This document shows positions 57,104 to 64,000 of a stretch of DNA of 64,000 nucleotides, piece by piece. Location of the stretch: IMG/VR virus record IMGVR_UViG_3300010220_000093, positions 1 through 64,000 of that record; one strand, written 5' to 3'. The stretch's first letter is position 1. The number at the start of each line of letters is the position of its first letter. Both the position numbers and the translations under genes were made by a program. The notes under the pieces are model-generated. The model worked only from the letters and a program-made list of their open reading frames with translations. It searched no databases and was not told the DNA's origin. Source of the DNA: an uncultured virus (IMG/VR IMGVR_UViG_3300010220_000093). Taxonomy: Duplodnaviria > Heunggongvirae > Uroviricota > Caudoviricetes.

Positions 57104-60100
57104 ATGGGTAACCTTACTGCCGCCGACCTCGACCGCGTCTCGAACTTCCCTCAGCTTGTATCCCTGCTGCGCGACAAGCTGGAATGGCCCATCCATGGTG
57201 ACTACGACTTCGAAGATGTCGTCTTCGAATACGAGGCCAGCGAGCTTGGCCTGAAAAAGGACGAAGTCGCCAAAATCCGCGAAATCCATCAGCTTCGTCC
57301 GCTGGTGACAAGCCAGCCTTGGGGCGTGTTCTTCATCTCGCTCGAGGACAAGGCGCTGCCCGTCACCGTCCTGCGGCGCATCCTGAAGGCGCTGATCCTG
57401 AACCGCCGGGGGCAAGCCAAGACGGCCGACCGACAGGCGTGGCATCTGAACGACCTGATCTTTGCTGCCAGCTTCGGCAAGTCGGGCGCGCGGGAACTGG
57501 CCTTCATCCACTTCTCGGACGGCAAGGCGACGGGCGATCTGCCGGTGATGAAGGTGCTGGGCTGGAACGCCCGAGACACCGTGCTGAAGCACGACTATGT
57601 CGCGGCCACCCTGCGCGACAAGCTGGCTTGGCCCGATGACCCCGAGGATGCCGAGGCTTGGCGCGCGACTTGGGCCTCTGCCTTCGAGCTGCGGCTGAAT
57701 GAGACGATCCGCACCTCCAAGGACCTTGCCGTTCGCCTGGCCGAACTGGCCTCGGACATCCGGGCGCGGGTCAATCAGTTGCTGAAGGCTGAAGACCAGA
57801 CCGGCCCCATGACCACCATGCTCGCGGCCTTCCGCAAAAACCTGATCCACGATCTGGACGCGGATGGCTTTGCCGACATGTTCGCCCAGACCATCGCCTA
57901 CGGCATGCTGGCCGCACGGATTTCGCGGCCTGCGGGTATCATCGCCGACAACCTGGCCGACATGGTGCCCAAGACCAACCCCTTCCTGAAGGAGCTGTTC
58001 GGCAACTTCCTCAAGATCGGCGGGCGCGACAAACGGAAGGGCCTCGACTTCGACGAACTCGGCGTGCGTGACGTGGTCGACGTGCTGAACGAGGCCAACA
58101 TGGAGGCGGTCCTGCGCGACTTCGGCGACCGCAACCCCAAGGAAGACCCGGTCATCCATTTCTACGAACTGTTCCTGAAGGAATACGACCCGAAGAAGCG
58201 GATGCAGCGCGGCGTTTTCTATACCCCGCGCCCGGTGGTGAACTTCATCGTCCGCGGCGTCGACGAAATCCTGCGGACGGAGTTCGGGCTGCACCTTGGG
58301 CTGGCCGATACCAGCACATGGGCAGAGGTTGCGGCGCGGAATGACCACATCACCATCCCCGCCCATGTGAAGCCCGACGCGCCCTTCGTCCAGATTCTCG
58401 ATCCCGCCACCGGCACCGGCACCTTTCTGGTCGAGGTGATCGACCTGATCCACAAGCGGATGCTTGATCACTGGAAAGGGCAGGGTAAATCGGCGGCCGA
58501 GATCAAGGCTGCCTGGAACGCCTATGTGCCCGCGCATCTATTGCCGCGGTTGACGGCCTTCGAACTGATGATGGCGCCCTATGCTATCGCGCATATGAAG
58601 GTGGGGCTCAAGCTGTCAGAAACCGGCTATTCCTTTGGCTCAGAGGAGAGAGCGCGCATCTTCCTTACCAATGCGCTGGAACCAGCGATTGATGCCGCCA
58701 GTTCGTTTGAGTTCATCACAGAGGCGCTTGCCCACGAGATCCGGGCGGCTAACGCTGCCAAATCTCTCCTAGTTGCGACCGTCGTTGTCGGAAATCCTCC
58801 ATACTCAAAGTCGTCGGGGAACAGATCGCTCTCAGCTGAAGCGCTTGTCTCCCAATACAAGAGCGCCGTAGTCAATGAAACTAACGTGCAACCGCTTTCG
58901 GACGACTACGTAAAGTTCATGGCGCTTTGCGAAAAGGTATCCCCAAAGTATGCATCGATAATTGGTATAATCACGAACCGTGGATATATTGGTGGCTTGA
59001 TCCATCGTGGGATGCGTGAGGATCTTCTACAGAAGTTTGACCGCATTCAAATTGTTGATCTGCACGGTGATAGCAATGTTGGAGAGAATATTCCACTTGG
59101 AATGCTCAATGAAAATGTCTTTGAAATTATGCAGGGTGTCGCGATCTCATTTCTGATCAGATATGAGAAATCAGGCAGCTATGGAGATACGGAGTATGCA
59201 GAACTTTGGGGTTCGCGAGAAGAGAAGTTTGATGCGTTAGTTGCCGATAAGAAGCTACCATTTTCAGCGCTAGCACCCTTTCCCCCGTATTTCTTTTTCG
59301 TGCCAAGAGTTCTTGACTTCGACGAAGAAATGAAAGCATGGCCGCGAATAGATGAGCTATTTTCAGTCCAAGGTATGGGTGTAAAGTCGCGGCGAGACAG
59401 TTTTCTGATCGATATTGACCGGGACGCTCTTCTCCGCCGTATGCAGCTTCTGCATGATGCCGACGATGTTGAAGAAGTGCGCGCAGAGCTGAATGTGAGT
59501 GACAATCCACAGTGGACTCTTGCGGACTTCCAAGCGCTAGTACGGAGGGAGGGCGTGGAGAAGTGCATAACTCCAATTCTGTATCGCCCATTCGATACTC
59601 GCTTCATTTGGTATCATCCGCGTGCCATTGAGAGAGGAGACGCACGGTGGCCAGTGATGAAGAATCTTGTGCTTGGTGGTGTTTCTCTGCTGACCTCGAG
59701 GCAATCAGTAAGTGGGCCATTTACCTCGGCGTTTGTGGCAAGCGGGCTTTCTGAAATGAAGACTGCTGAATCCACGAGGGGATCATACTCTTTTCCATTG
59801 CTCTTGAATCCCCTGAACCTTTCCGGTGGATCGGCGCGCAAGACCACTAACTTTGATCCTCGAAAAATGCCGACGATTCTAAAGAGTGAAGAAGTTGAAG
59901 ATGTACTTGGGTTCATTTATGCAGTTCTTTACTCTCCCCAATACCGGGAGCGATACTCTACGTACTTGGAAATCGAATTTCCAAAGGTCCCAATACCAAA
60001 GAACCCATTGGTATTCAAAGAGATTGCTCGATTGGGCAACCAACTGATTTCCTTGCACCTCCTACGCCCCGAGGACGCAACCGTCCTGAAGTCCCCCGAC

Positions 60101-60449
60101 ATCCAGTTCCGCGGCAGCGGTGAGGCGCGGGTGGCCAAAGGCTATCCCGAGTACCAGAACGGCAAAGTGATGATCAACGCCAGCCGGTGGTTCGAAGACG
60201 TCCCCAAAGCGACATGGGAGTTCCACGTCGGCGGCTATCAGGTCTGCGAAAAGTGGCTGAAGGACCGCGCCGGGAAGGGCGGCAAGAACCCCGGCCCCGG
60301 CCGCGTTCTGACCGAGGATGACATCCTCCACTACCGCCGCGTCGTGGTCGCCCTGACCGAAACTCGCCGCCTNNNNNNNNNNGGCAGAGATCGACACCGA
60401 GATCGAAAAGCACGGCGGCTGGCCGGGGGCGTTCAAGGTGGACGGCTGA
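57104..60449 (+). CDS. N6-adenine methyltransferase with Type ISP-like C-terminal specificity domain (spans the N gap)
   Basis: FYTPRPVV, ILDPATGTGTF, GNPPY, YRPFD.R, VGGYQVCEKWLKDR; after the gap another frame gives AEIDTEIEKHGGWPGAFKVDG-stop at 60449. Confidence 0.85.
60373..60382. other. Assembly gap (10 N)
   Basis: Run of N in the sequence. Confidence 1.
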
Positions 60450-61294
60450 TGGCAAAGACTGCTGAAACCGCAACAGGCTTCCAGGGCGACAAACTCTATC
60501 AGGAGCGGGCGCGCCTCGCGCTGCCCATCCTGATCAGGCAGGCCAAGGCTGGTCAGACCGTCAGCTACGAAGACTTAGCTGCCGAGCTTGGGATGCCGAA
60601 CCCTCGCAACCTGAACTACCCGTTGGGCTGCATCGGCGATGAGCTAAACCGCCTGAGCAAGAAGTGGCGCAAAGAAATCCCGCATATTCAGGCGCTTGTT
60701 GTTTCAAAGGGCACCTCGGTGCCCGGCAAAGGCTTTGATCCTTTCCTGAAAAACCGGGGTAAGGTCTGGAAAACGCCGGAAGAGCGCAAAGCGATCCTCA
60801 AGACCTACATTGCTGAGATCGCCAACTATCCCTACTGGGACGAGGTCCTTGTCGAGCTGGGTCTGCAGCCAGCTGCGTCCAAAATTGACGATGTCATCGA
60901 TCGGGCAACCTCCTTTGGCGGCGGGGAGGGGCCGGAGCACAAGGCGCTCAAGGAATACGTCCGCTCTCATCCTGAATGCGTGGGCCTACCCGTGGGCAGC
61001 GCTGCAGGTTCGGTAGAGGCGCCTCTTCCCTCGGGCGATAGCATTGACGTTCTGTTCGACCGCAAAGATCGAATCATTGCCGTTGAGGTTAAACCGGCCT
61101 CGGCCCCCATCCATGACGTCGTTCGCGGCTTGTTCCAGTGTGTGAAGTACCGCGCGGTTCTTCAGGCGCGCGCCGATTTTGAAAGCGATCCGAGGCCGAT
61201 CGACACGCATCTAGTGCTTGGCGGAGAGCTTCCCAAAGCACTGATCGCATTACGAAATAGTCTTGGCGTCTCTGTCTTTGAGAAGGTGAGTTAA
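60449..61294 (+). CDS. wHTH plus PD-(D/E)XK endonuclease-like protein
   Basis: TGATG-coupled start MAKTAET; VSYEDLAAELG helix; EHKALK..SGDSIDVLF..AVEVK..GLFQCVKY. Confidence 0.75.
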   Translation: MAKTAETATGFQGDKLYQERARLALPILIRQAKAGQTVSYEDLAAELGMPNPRNLNYPLGCIGDELNRLSKKWRKEIPHIQALVVSKGTSVPGKGFDPFLKNRGKVWKTPEERKAILKTYIAEIANYPYWDEVLVELGLQPAASKIDDVIDRATSFGGGEGPEHKALKEYVRSHPECVGLPVGSAAGSVEAPLPSGDSIDVLFDRKDRIIAVEVKPASAPIHDVVRGLFQCVKYRAVLQARADFESDPRPIDTHLVLGGELPKALIALRNSLGVSVFEKVS

Positions 61295-61540
61295 CTGGGG
61301 CCGCTGGTCTTCGAAAGCCGTCGATCGATGCGCTTCGTGCTGAGCGGCTTGCATTTGGGTTGAGGGTGTGAGAGCGTTAAGGGGCTTGCCGAGATGGTGG
61401 GCGGAAACATGAACCTGGACAGGTTCTGGATGGGGTTGTCACCGGCAGGTGGCGTTTGAGAGGGATACCCACCCACTCATTCCGCGGGGCAGGAGCCCCG
61501 TGCTGTTCAGGATCTGTCCTCCTTGGATAAGGACGACAAA

Positions 61541-62899
61541 ATGAACCCGAACGAACTGATCATCCGCTTTGAAACCGTTGACCGCCAGACCGAAGGGCCT
61601 GTGACCCGGCTTGTCGGCTTTGTGCGGGCGCGCAACCTGCTGCCGCTTATGGATGCGGCGACGTTGGAAGCGAACCCGCGCACGGCCAAGGTTGGCCAGA
61701 TCACCTCGGACATCCGCGAGTCTATCGAAACGACGCCCGACCTTTTCCCTTTCAAGACCAAGGGAATTCTTGTCGCTTCGGCCAACTGCAAGGAGCTTGA
61801 GCGGCGTCGCTATCACATGACCTTCGAAAACCCTGCGATCGAGGGCATTTTGGATGGCGGCCACAACACGCTGGCAATCGGCCTGCACATCCTTTCGGTC
61901 GCCGGGGTAGAGCCGCGGGAAATCAAGCGTCTGAAGACGTGGCCCGAGTTCAAGGAGGCGTGGGATGCCAACCAGGACAAGGTCAAGGCCCTGAAGGCTG
62001 CGGCGGCATCTGGTGAGGGTGGGCCTCTTGATTTCCTCGTGCCGGTTGAAGTGCTGATCCCGAGCGATCCGGACGATGATCTGCGGTTCGAGGCCTTCAC
62101 CTCTTCGCTGTTCGAAATCTGCGCGGCCCGGAACAATAACCGGCAGTTGGCCGACGAGGCCAAGGCCAACAAGAAGGGTCTCTACGACCATCTTCGCGTG
62201 ACCGTCCCTGAAGAGATTGCGAAGCGTGTGGAGTGGAAGTCGAACGACGGTGGTGATGTCAAAATCCGCGACATCGTTGCGCTGTCCTGGATTCCCCTCA
62301 ATCTGATGGACCTGCCGGACGGTGTGTCGAAGCCCCGGGTCGTTGATATGTATAGCCAGAAGGGGAAGTGCTCGGCTGCATTCGACGCGCTCATGGAACA
62401 TCCTGAAGTCTCGAAACAAACCGGCGACGGAACGTTCGAACTGCATAGCCAGAAGATCGGCAAGGCGCTCGCCGTGGCTGGGATCATGCCGTTGCTGTAT
62501 GACCTGATCTATCGCGAGTTCCCTGGGGCCTACAACGAAAGTGGGGGGCGGTTTGGTCGGTTGTCGTCGGTCAAAATGGCGAACGACATGAAGACGAAAC
62601 CCGTCACTGCTTTCAGCAAGACGCCGGTCCAGTACAGCTATCCCGACGGCTTCATCATGCCGCTTGTATACGGTCTGAGTGCCTTGATGGAAGCGAACGA
62701 CGATGGGATCGTGAACTGGAAGGTCGAAGACCCCGCGAAGTTTGTGAAGGACTCCCTGACAAACGTTGTCCGGCGCTACCGTGCAATCATCGAGGCGTTT
62801 TCGGGCGATCCGACGAAGATCGGCAAGAATGAAGGTGCCTACACCATTGCAAAGGACGCGTTTGAAACTGAGCTGTTGAAGCTCGGTGCCGCTGTTTGA
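61541..62899 (+). CDS. AIPR-like (ParB-superfamily) protein
   Basis: ANPR...I..SI...PDLF..KTKGI, GILDGGHNT, RNNN.QL. Confidence 0.72.
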   Translation: MNPNELIIRFETVDRQTEGPVTRLVGFVRARNLLPLMDAATLEANPRTAKVGQITSDIRESIETTPDLFPFKTKGILVASANCKELERRRYHMTFENPAIEGILDGGHNTLAIGLHILSVAGVEPREIKRLKTWPEFKEAWDANQDKVKALKAAAASGEGGPLDFLVPVEVLIPSDPDDDLRFEAFTSSLFEICAARNNNRQLADEAKANKKGLYDHLRVTVPEEIAKRVEWKSNDGGDVKIRDIVALSWIPLNLMDLPDGVSKPRVVDMYSQKGKCSAAFDALMEHPEVSKQTGDGTFELHSQKIGKALAVAGIMPLLYDLIYREFPGAYNESGGRFGRLSSVKMANDMKTKPVTAFSKTPVQYSYPDGFIMPLVYGLSALMEANDDGIVNWKVEDPAKFVKDSLTNVVRRYRAIIEAFSGDPTKIGKNEGAYTIAKDAFETELLKLGAAV

Positions 62900-63095
62900 A
62901 GCGTATGAAACTCCTCTGGCGAACGTTTTCGTTCGCCAGAGTCAACTGCCCAAGGACTTCAAGTTCGAGTGTCACGAAGTAAAGTCGACAAGAGGTTAAC
63001 CGGTTCTTCGGAAAATGTCTGCTCCTTCAAGTTTGGCAGACTCTACATCAGACTGAGGGAAATTTCGGGGGACAGGTCACTGGGCATCGAATACT

Positions 63096-63785
63096 TTAGA
63101 ACACCTCCCATACCTCGCCGCTGTCCAGCTGCTTGACGAAATCCACCGCCTCGCCGTTCCAGTGATAGGCGAAATGCGCGCCTTGGGTGGGGATCGGGAT
63201 CACGTCGGGCCAGAAGACGGCCATGCACTGGCCCTCGGGATAGCGGATGCTGGGCCAGGTGATACCGTTCGACCCTGCCGCGCGCCGCTCGGCCCCGAAG
63301 ACCTGCGAGGCGCGGTAGTCATCGGGGTCAAGCAGGTCGGCGCGGCCGGTGGCGTCGTCCAGATCGGCATCGACGGACCCGATCAATTCGCGGAACTGCG
63401 ACGTCCAGCCCGGCGCCTCGTTCGTCGCACGCATGAAGCGGGCGTGGTGATGGATGGTTTCGGCGATGGCCACCTCGGAGCGGTCGCCCGCATAGTAGAG
63501 GCCGAAACTGCCGTCCGAGAACCGCCCCGGCCGCAGGGGCGAGCAATGGACAAAGGGCGCCATGACCCAGCTGGCGCCGGGCCCGGTCACGCGGCGTGCG
63601 ACCGGCACCTTCGACAGATCACCGATGCTGTCGCGGATGCGCGGGTTGAACTTGGCTTCGGCCGAGGCGAGCGCCTCCCAATCGGCGGGATCGGCGATGT
63701 CCTCGAAGAGGTCGATGGGCGGGTGGATGGAGCGGATGATGCGGACAGTGCGGGGCCATGTCACGCGGCGGACAGGCACATTCAC
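63096..63785 (-). CDS. RES-domain toxin
   Basis: GRFSDGSFGLYY, AIAET, DY..SQ..G, PSIR; GTG 63785 overlaps the antitoxin stop. Confidence 0.88.
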   Translation of the reverse strand: MNVPVRRVTWPRTVRIIRSIHPPIDLFEDIADPADWEALASAEAKFNPRIRDSIGDLSKVPVARRVTGPGASWVMAPFVHCSPLRPGRFSDGSFGLYYAGDRSEVAIAETIHHHARFMRATNEAPGWTSQFRELIGSVDADLDDATGRADLLDPDDYRASQVFGAERRAAGSNGITWPSIRYPEGQCMAVFWPDVIPIPTQGAHFAYHWNGEAVDFVKQLDSGEVWEVF

Positions 63786-64000
63786 CAGGCACCCCGTTCG
63801 GCATCCAGATAGGACCGCAGGTCGATCAGATCGGTGATCTCGCCGCGCAACATGATGTCCAGCGCGCTGCGACCACCGAAGGCTGTGCTGGGCTTGCGGA
63901 TCCATGCATAGCCGCGGGCGGGTTCGGTGAAGAGGTAACGCAGCGCCTTGTGGATACCCATCAGGATCGCCATCCGCGCGCGTAGGTCACGGTCGATGCG
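63782..64000 (-). CDS. Xre/MbcA/ParS antitoxin, 5' end outside the window
   Basis: IHKAL..LF....GYAWI.KP..AFGG.S.LD.M....L..LR.YLDAERG. Confidence 0.85.
   Translation of the reverse strand, partial: RIDRDLRARMAILMGIHKALRYLFTEPARGYAWIRKPSTAFGGRSALDIMLRGEITDLIDLRSYLDAERGAW

Noticed and set aside
57104..61294. 1396-aa MTase-nuclease fusion ORF
   Set aside because: Artefact of the 10-N gap. A natural MTase end (AEIDTEIEKHGGWPGAFKVDG*) lies in another frame and overlaps the next ATG at 60449.

Overview
GC-rich window, probably alphaproteobacterial (Rhodobacteraceae-like; an inference), made up entirely of accessory DNA. (1) 1-5817: defence block. A CapW-like WYL regulator lies between a truncated probable SNF2 helicase gene and a divergent CBASS operon (DUF2188, patatin effector, CD-NTase, stand-alone E2/SEC-C protein); a Fic gene follows. 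(2) 5818-22694: a 17-kb block bracketed by 63/64-bp direct repeats that end like a tRNA-Met 3' end. It encodes a AAA ATPase, a WYL regulator, a phosphatase/ADP-ribosylglycohydrolase fusion and a five-gene translationally coupled operon (unknown, PLD-like, SF2 helicase, AddB-like, AddA-like). Three transcription units carry a related upstream palindrome. This block is the best candidate for an undescribed defence system. (3) 22.8-25.7 kb: AbiE toxin-antitoxin pair, orphan antitoxin and a Zn/HNH-like gene. (4) 25.6-53.5 kb: late region of a lambda-like siphovirus prophage (lysis, tail, head, terminase, ParB-MTases, possible packaging site) with cargo genes; no integrase or replication genes are in the window. 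(5) 54-64 kb: PLD-helicase, Type ISP-like MTase, wHTH-nuclease and AIPR cluster, then a RES-Xre TA pair. A 10-N gap at 60373-60382 creates a false gene fusion. All family calls come from motif recognition by eye, not database searches.
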